Positions 12,249 to 27,220 of a stretch of DNA of 64,000 nt are shown in pieces. This stretch comes from the human T2T-CHM13v2.0 reference genome, Homo sapiens: assembly GCF_009914755.1 (NCBI RefSeq), contig NC_060940.1; one strand, 5' to 3'. Under the pieces are notes generated by a model. The model searched no databases. It saw only the letters and a list, made by a program, of their open reading frames with translations, and was not told where the DNA came from. The translations under genes and the position numbers were made by a program. Each line of letters opens with the position of its first letter. The first letter of the stretch is position 1.

Positions 12249-14104
12249 GTCTAGACTGAAGTTTGTTCTGGTGAGAACTTGAGTCCCTGCTTCTGCCACT
12301 TACTCTGAACATGCCGTTTAAGCTCTCTGAAGCTGTTTCCTCTTCTGCAAAATATTTTGGGTTTAGTGAGTCACCATACTGTCTCTGTCACAGCTACTCG
12401 ACTCTGCCATCGTAGAGTTGGACTAAACCCCTTCATCACCCAGGGCGGGAGCAAACGAGATGAAAAGTGTGAACATTGTGCAGCACTAGGATTTCGAGAT
12501 GCGGACCTGGCTTTAAAGTGCATACACTTTAGGGACAGTGCACACTTTCTAGTTATGACCTCGAGCTACACATCCCTGAGGCTCAGGCTCCTCTAGCATA
12601 AAATGGGAATGAGAACATTGACCACATGACGTTGTAGGAGGATTCAATGAGAGTGCACGGCCCCAGATTATTGGGGGATGATTCCCTGAGGCCACTTATG
12701 GGGGTCACAGCGGACGCCCTGTTTGGGGGAGTCAACTAGGTGCTGGGAAGTCCATTGGAAGGTGTATGAGCCACCTCCCTAAGTGGGGGTGCAGCGGGTT
12801 GAGCTCGGACTCTCTGGGCAACCCCTCTGGGTAGATCTATAATTCTTTGAGGACTTAGTCTCTGTTTATCTAATTTCCTTGGTTCTAAGATGCATATTGA
12901 GCACCTTTTAACCTTTTTGAAATCCAAGTGCCTCTACCCATCAATACTTGCATTTGATGCGATCACATTTCTTCACTTTCACCACAATAAAAGCAGTCAT
13001 CAAACTGATGGAAAAACAGAGATACGGAGGCATACTGACCCCAGATCTAACAGGGACATCATGCTCGAGGTAGCCCCACGTCTGGGCTGTCCGGCTGTGG
13101 TTGCTGGCTGAGGATAGAGGCCCCCAGGCCCTGAGGCCCCTCTGTGCTTGTTTCACCCCGTGGTCAGAGTTCAGGATCAGGCTGTGGCCAAGGAGGAGGG
13201 ACGGATGCTGGGCTGCGAGGAGCCTTCACACCCAGACACCCGCTTCCTCCACGGGGCAGGCGCTTCCTCTCTTTGAGCACGCAGACGTCCCCCTCCTCTG
13301 CTAAGGAAGACAGGGTGCCAACCCCCGCGTGGAGAATGGGACATTCCTTTAAGACAAGCCAGCTGTTTTACAGCTCTGCTCTGGAGGCCTTCAAAAACAT
13401 AAAGGCTCAAGAATCAAAGGCTTCCTGTTATAAATTCACTTCTACACCTCAGGTACTTTGTGGGTTGGGGAGGCAAAAACAAGATTTAGTGAAAATTGGT
13501 AGAAAATGCTCTATAAATACCCTTCTTGTGGGAGGAGAACCCGTGGGCTGGTCTCGGAGGGCGGGTGGAGAACGGCTTTGTGTTTGCCTAGGATGTTTGG
13601 AAGACATTTTGCACTTTCTGACATTAGTATTTTTGTTGTTCTAAAATCTTCGGTGCCTTCAAACTTTAATTTGGGGAGTTATTGAGAATCATGTGCATGA
13701 AAATAAATTTAAAATGTATAATGGATCTTTATAATCGACATCCTCATCTTAAAGATGAGAGAAACAAGACCCAAGATGCTGAAGGGCAGGCTTCGGCCAC
13801 CAGCTGGGCACAGACAAGACAAGAAGATCTAGAGATTCTCCTCAAAGGCTCCAGAAAATAGAGCCAGGCTCGTGGGCACAGCAGCACAGCGCTGATTACA
13901 GAAGTGATGCATGTTGATTGGAGAAAATTCAGAATATTTCTAAGAGCCCAAAGAGGAAAATCAGAACTGCCTGGGACACAGCATCTACAGACAAGCCCTA
14001 TGGGGTTTGACGTCTGCTCTTTTTTCTGGGCCTGGACTGATCTAGTTGATGATACAGAACTAGACACAGAATGGAGGTTGTCACGATGGCTCGCACACAC
14101 CTGA

Positions 14105-15034
14105 CTATACTTGCAGCCCAGGTACCCAGTCCCCCACCCAGCTCCAGCCCCAAATGTCTCTGCTCCTCACCTAAGGGTGTCTCCTGACCAGGGGAACCTG
14201 ATCAGCGCACACACAGGACAGCCCAGCAGAAGCAGGGACTGGATATCCCTGAGGGCAGCTCTCATTCCTGCAGTGAGGAGTCAGTGAGTAAAAACCTGAG
14301 GTAGTCACTGTCAGTACTCCCTGTCCCAATTCCTCTCAGCCTTACCTCTTCTGTGAACGGGGAACCAAACTCCAATTCCGACTCCTGCATTTCATCGCCT
14401 GTGGGCTCTCTCTGCCTCCAGAGACCCCATTCCCACCTGTGAGCCAGACCAGAAATAGCAAGGAACTAACACCCACCCCAAGGAGGTGACCTCAAACATT
14501 GATTCATAGGAGCTGGGGTATCAATACCTCAACTCCCTTCCCCACCAGGTGGGATAATTCTGTTCTGGGAGGCTCCCAGAGTTTCCCTAGCAGGATTAAG
14601 CCACAGCCACCCACAGACATAACCTGCTCAATACAAACCCTTTATGGGCTGCTGTCCCTGCTGTTTTGCACACCAATCTCCAAAATGCATTGCTTCTGTC
14701 ATCAGGGCTGCCCTGCTGTGCCCATGAGCCTGGTGTCTGGACCACCTCCTAAATATTATCTCTGCATCTCAGGGCCAGTTTCTGGGGGACCCCAAACTGA
14801 GAGAAAAACCCGTAGTGAGGCAAGGCTGGGGCATGTTTCCCAGGGTCCCCCCAGAGCTTTCCAGTGGGACTAAGCCCATGTGGCCCACTGTGTTCGTCCT
14901 CTTGTCAATGCTCCTGACTCAGCTTGTCCCCTCTCCTGCCTCGCTTTCCCCACTGCATCTCTTGGGATCATATCCCAAATAACCCCCTGCACCAAGTCCC
15001 TGTGGGATCTGCTCTGAGGGGAATTCAAACTTAG
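14105..15034 (+). mobile_element. Cluster of about three LTR16-like (ERVL) fragments
   Basis: ggtgggataattctg..ctcccagagtttccctagcaggattaagc..ttctgggggaccccaaactgaga (ends ~14762); a second 3' end cttgggatcatatcccaaataacc..ggaattcaaacttaga (ends ~15034). Confidence 0.65.
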
Positions 15035-15467
15035 ATGGATATTTATATAAATAGAAATAGATGGATATAGATGCTAAGATGGTTATGGATACAGACACAG
15101 CTATCAATGGATAAGATATAGACATAGATACAGATATGGATAGATAGATACGGATATAGGTACAGGCATAGATGGATGATGTAGACAGAGATAGAGGTAC
15201 AGGTATGGATGGATATAGATATAGACACAGATACAGATATGGATAGTTAGAGATGGATATAGGTACTGGCATATATGGATGATGTAGACAGAGATGGAGG
15301 CATGTAGGGATATAAATATAGACAGATACAGATATGGGTAGATGGATATGAATCTAGGTACAGTCATAGATGGATGATATAGTCTGAGAGAGATAGAGGT
15401 ATAGTTGGGTATAGACATAGATAGAGTTATAAGTTCATGGACACAAGTGGATTTGGATATGAACATA
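15035..15467. repeat. (GATA/GATATA/GATG)n low-complexity array
   Basis: Directly visible. Confidence 0.92.
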
Positions 15468-16386
15468 GAGCGGTAAATCGTAGTACCAATTGTTTTCAGC
15501 TGATGTTCATCCTAATTGGTCTACGCCCACATCTGTTATTAAATATGTTTAATCTCTCCCTTGGGTGTGTCTATAATGAGATACACAGATGAGCTCTCTG
15601 GGTTTCTGGAGCCCTGATGTCTGAGCAGGAGCCCAGCCCTGCTACTCCCAATATCCTTAAGTGAGCCACTTCATCTCTTTTCCTTGGCACATCACCTATT
15701 AAATGACTGGAGAACTCACCAATCATTTATAATCATATCTATGTCTACATCCTAAGTTTCTTGCATGTAGAAAGTCCTTAAATCCACCAGGCTCCCTTGT
15801 GGATTTAAGGACTTTATATGTGCCAGGAACCTTAGGACCTGACCTGTAGGAAGTGCTCAATAAATGTTAACTATTATCATTGTTATTACTACTCCTCTGT
15901 AGTTGTGATAAATGTAGCCCTCATTAAATACAGACTAACCACCAACTTAGTGGCCAACCCAGCCAGCTCCAAAAGCACTTGCGAGGAAGAATGAAAATCC
16001 ATCTGGATTGTGAAAGAAACATCCATTTTACAGATAGTGCTCCTGAGGCTTTGTGAAAGACATTGCACATACAAGATTCGGGGTCAAGTGGGACAAAAAC
16101 CTCATCTTGGTGTGTGCAGGATTCAGCTCCTGCCTTCATTCTGCCCCTCGCAAGACTTGCATGGCTGTGGGTTCTTTTTCCATCTATAAACCTGGGACTT
16201 CATTTCCCATTTGATTGTTGGCTCCTGAAACTCAACACAAGCCAGGATGACATGAACACCTCCTGTGCCAAGGAGACAGCTGGAACACATGCTCTGTGTT
16301 GAGTCAGCTGGCCCAGTGACCGCATGGCCCTATGGTTCTGTGGGAAGAGAACATACTTCAGCAGCCCCCATGCCTAAACTTCTCCC

Positions 16387-16869
16387 TGTGGTGGTTTTCA
16401 ATTGTGACTCCAAAATTCTACTGCATCCCTCCCCTGAGACATGGATTCTGCACCCTGCCCATTCAATCTGGGTAGGCTTGTGACTGCTTCATTCCATAGA
16501 ATGGGACATAGAATAGAAGCCATGGAACTTCCACCTGGTCTTCTTGGGGAATTCAAGTGCCCTGTATGATGTCTGACTCCTCTGAGACCACCAAGCTGGG
16601 GAGGGCACTCTGGGTGCTTCCAGTACACAGTCCCAGTTCATCCCCACCTGGCTCCAGCCATGTGAGTGAACTGCTTGGGATCCAGATTAGCCCATACTCC
16701 CCCTGAGTGCCTCTGAGTGACTTCAGTGGATGCCACAAAGAGCAAATGAACCACCCAGCTGATCCCTGCCCAAATTCTTGACCCACAGAATCCATAGGCA
16801 AAATAAAATTGCTGCTTTATGCCTCTAAGTTTAGGGGTGGTTTGTTACAAAGCACAGGTAATTAGAACA
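16387..16869 (+). mobile_element. MaLR LTR (MLT1F/G/H-like)
   Basis: TG...CA ends; ccacccagctgatccctgcccaaattcttgacccacagaatc..taagtttaggggtggtttgttac..tagaaca. Confidence 0.8.
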
Positions 16870-16926
16870 TTTTCTTATCTGCCTTTTTAGCAGTTCTGCC
16901 ACCTACTAAAATGGCCCAAGAAGGGG

Positions 16927-17293
16927 TGATATGGTTTGGCTCTGTCCCCACCCAAATCTCATCTTGAATTGTAGCTCCCATAATTCTCATGTCTTGTAGG
17001 AGGGATCCAGTGGGGACAATTGAATCATGGGGGCAGTTCCCCCATACTGTTCTCATGGTAGCGTATAAGTCTCGTGAGAACTAATGGTTTGATAAGGGGT
17101 TTCCCCTTTCAGTTGGTTTTCATTCTCTCTTGCCTGCCGCCATGTAAGGTGAAAGACGTGCCTTTCACCTTCCACCATGATTGTAAGGCCTCCCCAGCCA
17201 CGTGGAACTATGAGTCTATTAAACCTCTATTTCTTTATAGATTACCCAGTCTTGGGTATGTCTTTATTCACAGCATGAGAACAGACTAATACA
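16927..17293 (+). mobile_element. THE1 (THE1B-like) solo LTR, full length
   Basis: tgatatggtttggctctgtccccacccaaatctcatcttgaattgtagctcccataatt ... gcatgagaacagactaataca; 5-bp TSD agggg/aggag. Confidence 0.92.
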
Positions 17294-17483
17294 AGGAGTA
17301 ACCTCATTGCTAGGAAAATCTCATTACATCATCTCCCTGCTCACAACCCCCACCCCCACCTCCCCATCACCCTCAGGGGAATATCCAGGCTCCACACCAG
17401 GACCTAGAAGGCTCTGAACAGCCTGGGTTCTATCTACTTTCTACCATCACCTTTTGCTATGTGTCTTTCACATGCTTTATGTT

Positions 17484-17965
17484 ATTTATTCATTCATTCA
17501 TCTACTGTGTATTGAATGCCTACTCTGTGCCAGTCACTATTCTTCACTCCAGGCTACAATTTGAGTGAACCAGGCTCAGCCTTTGCCTCCGTGGAACTCA
17601 TGATCTAGCAGAGGAGACAGACATTGGCCCAAATAACTCCACAAAATATTGCAGCAGGGAACAGGAGGTGCATTGTGCTACAAGGGTGTGCAATTGGAGG
17701 AAATGGCCTCATCTGCCAGACCAGAGAAGGTTTTCTGGAGGAGGTGATGCCTGAAGAAAGAGGAGAGCTTAAATAAGAGGAGGAGGGAGAAAAAGCATGC
17801 TATGCAGGAAGGGAAACTGCCCATGCGGAGTTGAAAGCAGAGGAGGAAAAAAATAGCGTGTCTGAAGAGGCTAGGATAGTCAATGTGTCCAAAAGGCAGA
17901 GAGCCAGAGAAAAAACTGAATGGATGAGGCTGCAAGGCTTGGAGGGGCCAAATCATCCAGGATAT
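17484..17965 (-). mobile_element. L2 LINE 3' region
   Basis: ttcattcattcatc..tattgaatgcctactctgtgccag..ggaactcatgatctagcagaggagacagaca..ggaggtgatgcctgaag. Confidence 0.75.
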
Positions 17966-18390
17966 GTTCATATTTGACTCCTGGAAATAGATGGCTGCTG
18001 GCATTGGTCCAGGGGCTTGGGGATGTGAGAATCAGCACCTTGAACATTTTCCTGCCTTTTCCTCTTGTTGCAAAATGGCAGCCACAGCTCCAGACAGTAC
18101 CTCTGCATTCCAGAAGGAGAAAGAGAAAAAGGGCCAGCATTAGCAATCTCTCAATCTCTCTCTCACACACACACACAAAGCTGAAGCTTTTCTAGAGGTT
18201 TCCCTAGCATGTGTCTCTTAAGTCTCAGTGGCCAGAACTCAGAACCAAAGTCTGTGGCCTTTCCAGCTAAGAGGAAGGCTGGGAAAGGGCATTCACCTTC
18301 CCTGCCTTGATAGCAGAGGCAGGAACAGAAGATGGCACTTAAGCATGAGTGATGCGTTTGGCAGCCAACAGTGCTTGCTGGGCTGTTTTT

Positions 18391-18693
18391 TGTTTTGTTT
18401 TGTTTTGTTTTGAGATGGAGTCTCACTCTGTCACCCAGGCTGGAGTGCAGTGGTGCCATCTTGGCTCACTGAAACCTCCGCCTCCTGGGTCCAAGTGATT
18501 CTCCTACTTCAGCCTCCAGAATAGCTGGGATTACAGGCACGTGCCACCACACCCAGCTAATTTTTGTATTTTTAGTAGAGACGGGGTTTCGCCATGCTGG
18601 CTAGGATGGTCTTGAACTCCTGACCTTAGGTGATCCACACACCTCGGCCTCCCAAAGTGCTGAGATTACAGGCATGAGCCACTGTGCCCGGCC
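18391..18693 (-). mobile_element. AluSx-like
   Basis: Full Alu reverse complement with (TTTTG)n tail; TSD ctgggctgttttt / ctggactgttttt. Confidence 0.93.
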
Positions 18694-19981
18694 CTGGACT
18701 GTTTTTAAAAGGGATGACACAACGATTGAAACCGGGCATCCAAAAGATCCTGGGCTGTGCTCTAGGGCCATCTATGCCTCTCCCAATCCTGAGTGCCAGC
18801 TCCACAATGGCCCTGCTCACCCTGCACTGTAATGGCCTGGTGGCTGTAAGTCCTTCCTGCCCCAGGTCCCCGCCATTACTCGGCACACTTGCTGATCTCT
18901 TTTATTACAGCCGTCCTGGTGAGTGTGCAGCGCTATCCCACATGGCTTGAATTTACATTTTCCAACATGAGGTGGGTTTTTTTGTCTTGGCCTACCATGA
19001 CGTCTGAGTCATGGTGACGTGGGTGCCAGGAAAGCACGGTGATGTGTTTCTGCTCACAGCACGAACATTTAAACAGCTCTCTCCTTTCCCGTACTCTTCT
19101 GCTCAGTGACTGAGATTTTGCTCTGATGAGCGTGGTTTGAGTTGAGTACATATGATTTCAAGAAATATCACATCCGTGATAAGTTGAATTTACCTACCAG
19201 AGTGTGAGCCTGTGTTTACCTGATGCCAAAATCTAGATTAAACCTGAAGATTTCCATCAACCCTCCCCGTTTCCAAAGGGCCAGATGTTTGGCACTGCAT
19301 AGCCAAAACATCTGCTTGGTGAGCTGAATATTTTGGTTGTCATGCTCAGATTCCCTACCATGATAACGCGAGCTCAGTGGGCGCCTGTGTCACCTCACAC
19401 TCGTGCAGGGGAAAGCCACCCTGGGAAGGCCTCACTTCCACTGGATCATCAGCATCAATGAATCTGGGAAACACAGCAGGCAGCACACAGCTTGACGTGC
19501 AAGAACTTCCGCAGCCACATCCACGACCTTCCGCACATCTTACGGGGATTTTGAGTGATTACAGTATTAAACTAACAGGCTGACACATGAGCAAAATAAG
19601 TAACTTACAAAGCAAGCCTTTCCATGGCCAGACACGCCGGCAGCACGTGCAGCTGGTTTCGGAGCTGCAGCGAATATATGGAATTTCAGAATGATTTGCG
19701 TTACAGTTCCCTTAAGTAACATTATCTTGTTAAAGACATTAACCTCGGGCCTTTGCTGTTATAGATTTGCTTTTATTGTTCTCATCCTGGGGAGCAACCT
19801 GTAGGAGAGACACTCCTCCACGAAAAAGCGGTCGTGGGTCATGAAAACATTAATTCTTGAGGTGGCTGAATGGCCATCTGGGGAACGCTCGCCAGTTATG
19901 GGAAACAGACATCGCTTTGCAGAACATCTTTTTTAATCAAAAATAATTATGAAATTTCAAACGTTAATAAGCATTTCATAG

Positions 19982-20812
<831 letters not shown>

Positions 20813-21857
20813 TCGAATTTTCATTTTGTTACATGGCTTTTTGCAGGGACGGGGTCTCTCCAGACAGAGTATGGGCTTGGGGTTTTAGCAGGTCTGTGTC
20901 TGGAGTTGCCTCATCTGTAAAATGGGGAGGTTTTATGAGATTGGGGGGAAGATCCTGGATTACACAGTAAAGGGGCCGTGCAACACTGAAGTTAATATCT
21001 TCATCTGTAGCTGATGAAGATCAGTTAGGGAACTTATTTGTTCCTTTCTTGATTTTAGGATAAAAATTAGCATGAGCACCAATGGTGAGCATCCCAGGCA
21101 TCTTGCAGCCAGCTCCTGCTCATCTTTACAGCCCTGCAAAGTAGGTAACTGACATGTGGGACCTCACCCACAGTCCCTGAGCCAGAAAGACACAGATGGG
21201 ATTCTGCGTTTCCTCCCAAGCCCGGGTTCTTTCTGTGTACCACATTGTCTTCCACTTGCCTGTTCCAAGGAGCAATTTGGAAACCCTTTTTATTTTGCGC
21301 CCACATCGTTGGTGAGCCTCTGGGGCGACATAAGAATGACTCAGGGAGGTGTGCGATGGGGTCCTAGCCAAAGGAGGCAGGCATTTTGATGAATCCCCTC
21401 TGCCTGCCCTGCTCTGACTAAGTGGGAACATTGCGTGAGTTCATGTTCCGTCCCTTAGACACTCCTCTATGAAATCATCTTTAAAGCCTTAAGACAGATC
21501 TTCTGGTGCTCTCAGATATAATTAATTCCAAACACTGACAGGGTAAATTCTCTCTCTTCCTTATAAATGCTAGACTCATGCAGGAATAATTTGGAAGACC
21601 AAACACATAGCAAATGAATCCTAGGGAAGAATCTTTCTCAAGAAGTCTGTGCAGCATTTAACTGCCTCGTCGCCCTCCCCTCCCTTCTCCTTCCTTCCTT
21701 TCCAGGCATCCCAGCCTGCTGGCTTGGCTTCCTGGAGAATTGGAATATTCCACTTGGAACATCATCAGGGTCTCAGTGGCCAAAAAAGCCTGTAAGATAC
21801 CAGAGTCCTAGTTAAGAAAGATTTTTCAAAACCCCATCAATCCTGCTCAAATGTAAC

Positions 21858-22165
21858 CTGTGAAAGTGGAAATTTGTTCAGCTTTTTTGGAAGTTGATTT
21901 AGCAATATCTACCAAAACTGCAAGTATGAATAAACAGTGACTTGGCTTCCTCACTGCTAGGGATTTATAGAAAGGAAATAATTAAAGATGTGCGCAAAGA
22001 GATTCAACTCTAAGATGTTTTATGCAGTGATGTTTATCTGGATATCCAAAGCTAAGGGACTGAGCAAACACAATCCTAGCTCCTAGTCAGAGACTGGAAA
22101 TGCAAGTGTCTTCTGCTTTGTGAAATGGAAATACACTTCTGCTCTATTGCTACACAAAAAATTAT
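21858..22165 (+). mobile_element. L1ME-type 3' fragment
   Basis: ttttttggaagttgatttagcaatatctacc..ctagggatttatagaaaggaaataattaaagatgtgcgcaaaga. Confidence 0.6.
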
Positions 22166-22469
22166 CGAAGTTGAGCCTAGCTTCACCACTTTTTCAGTGT
22201 GCATGCATGCACGTGCATGTGTGTGTGTGAGAAAGAGTGTGGGGTAAGAATACAGATTCTGCAATCAGGCTAGCTAAGTATAAACTACAACCCGATCACT
22301 CACTATGTGACTTTGAACAAGTTACTTCACCTCGGTTCAATAAAATGGGGATGTGGCAATGCAAACCTGATAGAACTGTGCAAAGAGAGAATAAGATAAT
22401 AAACATAAAGCTTTAAGGAGAGTAAAGGCTAAATAAATGCAGCAAAACATGTTTCTAAAGACACAGCAA

Positions 22470-22767
22470 GGCCGGGCGCAGTGGCTCACACCTGCGATCC
22501 CAGCACTTTGGGAGGCCAGGGCAGGAGGATCATTTGAGACCAGGAGTTACAGACCAGCCTGGGCAACAGGACAAAACCCCATCTGTAAAAATAAAATGAA
22601 AAAATACAAACTTAGCTGAGCGTGGCGGTACACACCTGTAGCCCCAGCTACTTGAGAGGCTGAGGCAGGAGGATCACTTGAGCCTAGGAGGTCAAGGCTG
22701 CAGTGAGCCACTGTACTCCAGCCTGGGCAACAGAGTGAAATCCTGTCTCAAAACAGAAAAACAAAAA
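22470..22767 (+). mobile_element. AluJ
   Basis: ggccgggcgcagtggctcac..ggaggatcacttgagcctaggaggtcaaggctgcagtgagc; preceded by a MIR (~22230-22440). Confidence 0.92.
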
Positions 22768-23524
22768 GGCACGTCAAAGACACGAATGAAGGACGTTTGA
22801 ATATTTATAACATGTACCTCTGAATGCTGGGATTACTCAAAATCTCTTTTTCAACTTGCTTATCTGATTTTTCTAGCTATGTATGAACATGAAGAATATG
22901 CATCCTTGGATAACCGAGAGGATAAACACTCACATCGCTCAGATGCTTTAGCTCCGTGGGCAGTGTAGTGCTGGGCTCAATCAGCCGGGAAGAGGAAGCG
23001 GCTGTCGGGATGAAGTGAAAATGGCAGCTGTAAGGGACGGAGCCCCCGTGCTGGGCACAAGAACACCTGGCTCAGCGCCAGCGTGCTAAGCCTTGGGGTT
23101 GGTGCCAGGGTACAGTAGAAAGCAGAGTGGGCAAAGAAGTGAAGGGGGCACGTGGGCAGCCGCTTTCACATGCAGGCATTTCCTGGCACATCACACTCAG
23201 AGTCCAGCAGTGCCTTGAATATGATACCAGAGCAGTCTCCTGTGCAGGTCCCTGTGCTGGGAAGCAGCAGCTCAATGGTGTGAGCCTATCCCTCCGTCCT
23301 CACCCCTGGGCTCCTCCGCCAGCCGATAAAACAGGGCTCAGAGCATGAGTTGTGGATTCCAACGTGTCTGAGTTTGGGTCAGGCTCTGTCTCCTCCCAGC
23401 TATGTGACATTTGACAAGTGTCCTAACCTCTCTGAGCCTCAGTTTCATCATCTGAAAAATGGGAAAAATAGCGACAGTATCCTCATAGAGTCGATGTGAG
23501 AATTAAATCAATAATATCAATAGC

Positions 23525-23804
<280 letters not shown>

Positions 23805-24754
23805 TTATTCTCAGAGGTCATGTGCCAGCTAAATCTACGGCGTTGGGGGCAGGGGAGTCCTATTGCAATGAAAGACAGGGAAAATGGATATGGGAATGGC
23901 CAGCAGGTTGCAGGTGACATTACATGGGTGTGGCTTTGCCAATGCTGAGACATGCAGGCCAACACCGGCAAGCAGTACACGGGCTTTGGGACTAGTAGAA
24001 GGACCATCAAAGAGCTTTCCAACCACAGGGCTCCTGCTAGAGGCGTAAGTCAGGAGGATGGGAAGTCAGATGAAGCAAAGTAAGGGGACCTTCGGGCAGG
24101 TTATAGTCCAGGGTGTTCCCCCAAAGGTAGCTATCTCAGGTCTTCCCCAGTTTCGGAGCTCTGTGGGATGTAACCATTTCCAACACCAGGAGAGGCTTCG
24201 AAGACCAGTTGGCCTGTGAAGTGGGCCTCTTTGGACGGGCAGTTTTCCTACAAAGGGAGGCTATTCTGGGCTGGGAACACACCAGAAGCAAGGGTTTGGC
24301 GGGGGGCCTGAGTGGGATCTGGCGGGGGCAGTCTCCTGGCCTGTGACTGGATTGTGAGTAATGGTGGACAACTTAGGGGACCTTCTGAAAGGTCCGTGGA
24401 AGCCATATTGCAGGGAGAGAGCAGAACTGAAGACTAAGGGAGATTTTAGCCCTCAGGTCACCAACTGATGGCTGAGTAGAGAGAGGAAGCCCACTGGTTT
24501 CTGACTTGGACTGCCTGTGCTACAGACCTAGCTCTTCCACTTCCTAGCCATGTGCTCTTGGGCAAGTGGATTAATGTCTCTGAATCTCAGCTTCCTCCTT
24601 CTATAAAAGTGGAGAAAAGAGCAGCATCTGCCCCTTTGGGTGTCAGTGAGCATGAATGAGGTCATGCATGCAAAGCTTGTGTCTTTGTGACTGGTAGGTA
24701 GGGAGTGCTCTCTGAATGATAGTTAGGGCTGTTATTTTTATGCTTTCATTTGAA

Positions 24755-25248
24755 ATACCTGTATCATGTAACAAATCTTAGTGACCTTAGTGAGCCCCAA
24801 ACTTAGTGATGTAAAACAGCCATTGCTTATTTAGCTCACAAATCTGTATTGTGGGCAGGGCTCAGCAAGAAGGTTCATCTCTACTCAAATGGGCATGAGC
24901 AGAGGTAGAATGCCTGGGGCTGGAGGGTCCACTTCCAAAATGGCACAGCACATGGCTGGCCAGTTGGTGCTGAATGTCAGCTGGGAGCCTTGGCTCCTCT
25001 AGGGCTTCCTCACCACAAGAAGGATAGGTTTTCAGAATGAGTGTTTCCAACAGGACCAGGCAGAAGTTGTGTGTCCTTTTGGTACCTGCTCTGGGAAGTC
25101 ACATAGCTGCACTTTTGCCTGTAGTCATAGGCCCGCTGAGATTCAAGCAGAAGGAAACATACAGCTCCTCCTCCAGATGAGGCATTTTAAGAAGACCTTG
25201 GGATGGAAGATCTTGTTGCAGCTATTTTGGAAAATATAATCTGTCAAA
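24755..25248 (-). mobile_element. MaLR LTR (MLT1H-like)
   Basis: cccaaacttagtgatgtaaaac..gctcacaaatctg..ccacttccaaaatggc..gaagtcacatagc..gcagctattttggaaaatataatctg. Confidence 0.78.
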
Positions 25249-27034
25249 TACTAACAGAGAATCTGAAAATGAGAGGCAGACATTTGGACAAACCATAACC
25301 TCTCTTCTTTCTGGCCTCATACTGTGTAAGCTAGATGTCAAGATAATTCCCAAACAACCAAGCCTGTGTCCCTATTTGGGAAATGGTGAAGAAGAATCAA
25401 TCCCCCCCAACCCCTGGCAAGTAGGCTTAAGCCACACTTACCAAATCATTAGTGGGTACAGTTGCTAACCAGCCAAGGTCTTCAATAAATAATTCCACAG
25501 ACTGTATGAACACATGGACTGTTTATCTCACATTTTCAGAAATGGTCTATCTTATAAGCCAAATACACCAAAACCCAAAGATGGAAGATCAACCTCTTTA
25601 AGTAAACATTGCTGGGTGCAGAATTGCTCCCTAGAAGTCATCAAGGATGGCATAAAGCAGAAAGACAATAACAAGGGGATGAATTGCTCTCAGATTTTTA
25701 TTCCTGATTAGACCTGCTTTCCTGCTTGCTATCATCCAAAATATATGCAGGCCCCTGGCTTGAAGCGTTGGGTGCTCATGAGTTTCACAGCCACGGCAAA
25801 GGCAGGCTTTTAAAGAGAAGACACCCAGAGTAACTTTGAAATAAAAGCTAGGGTTGGGCAGCCCCTTGGGGGTCCCAGGCTGTGTGCTCCTTTTAATGTG
25901 TGCGGATGCAGGGGCCCTGGGGCCCCTCCCTTGCGTGTGGCCTGGTCGATTAAGCCCCAGGAAGTGCTCACGGTCTTTCCCAGCAGCCTTCCAGCTCCAT
26001 AAAACCGCTGTTATGATGAACTTGATCATGAGTCAACCAAGGGCCTCCATCTCTCCTGCACTCCCTCCGTTTGGCCCCTTGGAGCAGGTGTTTGCTGAGC
26101 CTGAGGTCTTTCTGCTTACATAACCTTTGTTCCATTTGGATGGATGAAAAATCTCCCTGAGGTTTATTGTAAACAGTCTTAGGTTCGCCCAAACACAGAA
26201 GACGAAAGGTCACCAGATTATTCATGCACGTCTCTCCTCCCCACTTAGCCCTCCCCACCCCCACCGGCTGCTGCCACGTCCCCCACGAGGTCCCATGCCC
26301 AACCTCTCCACCAGGCCATCAGTGTGCAGGGCCTGGTGATGGGGGTTCAGGGCCAACTTGGCAGCCATGATGCTGTTCCATGCCCTGCTCAGCAGCCATT
26401 TTGGCTGGATCTCCGTGAGGAAGGGCTGGGGGTGGGGAGCAGAGGAAGTTTCTTGACCAGCTGCCATGGATAGAAGCTTGCTCACGGAAAGACTGTCTTT
26501 TATGATGCCAGAAACAGGGCTGAGAACTCACGGTGAGGGGCCAGCAAGTTTCAAGGAAAGGAGGGAGGGAGGGCCTGCCTGCCCAACAGGCAGCTGCCGT
26601 CCGCATAACACTGTCCATGCTTACCTCCAGAATGTGGTGCATGCAGGGCATTTTACCCACATTTGATATCGTGTTCGCGGGCCCATTTTACAGATGAGAA
26701 GCTGAGGCTGGGGCTCAGCGAGGAAGACTAGTCTTTACTCCACTGGGTGTCAGCTGAGGCGGCTTTAATGGAGGCTGGAGGACCCACCTCCAAGATGGCT
26801 CAGTACATGCTGGTGGGTTAGGGCCGGCTGTCAGCCAGGAGCTGAGCCCAGGTGGAAGCTGGAAGCCTGGGTTATATTCTCAAAAGAGCTTTCTGTGGCT
26901 CCCCATTTAGAAATGTATAAGGGAGGGCTTTGTTTGTTACAGTGACTGGGGGCCCCAGTGAGTTACCTACACACCTATATGCAGGACTCCCTGGGCCAAG
27001 ATATCATTAAGAAAGACTGCTGGGTAAGTCACTA

Positions 27035-27220
27035 GCAGGGTGGCTCTCAGGGTCCAGACCTGCAGCAATGGCGTCACTTGGGAACTTGCTGGGAACTCAG
27101 ACCCTCAGTTGTCACCCCAGACATCATGAAACCCCAGGGGTGAGGGATGTGGGGGGTGAAGTGGAGGAAGGCCCAGCATCTGTGTTTGCCAGCATCCTCT
27201 GGTGCTGCTGACGCAGTCAC
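27035..27220 (+). mobile_element. MER5A-like (hAT-Charlie)
   Basis: gcagcaatggcgtcacttgggaacttgct..caccccagac..gcccagcatctgtgttt..cctctggtgctgctgacgca. Confidence 0.6.
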
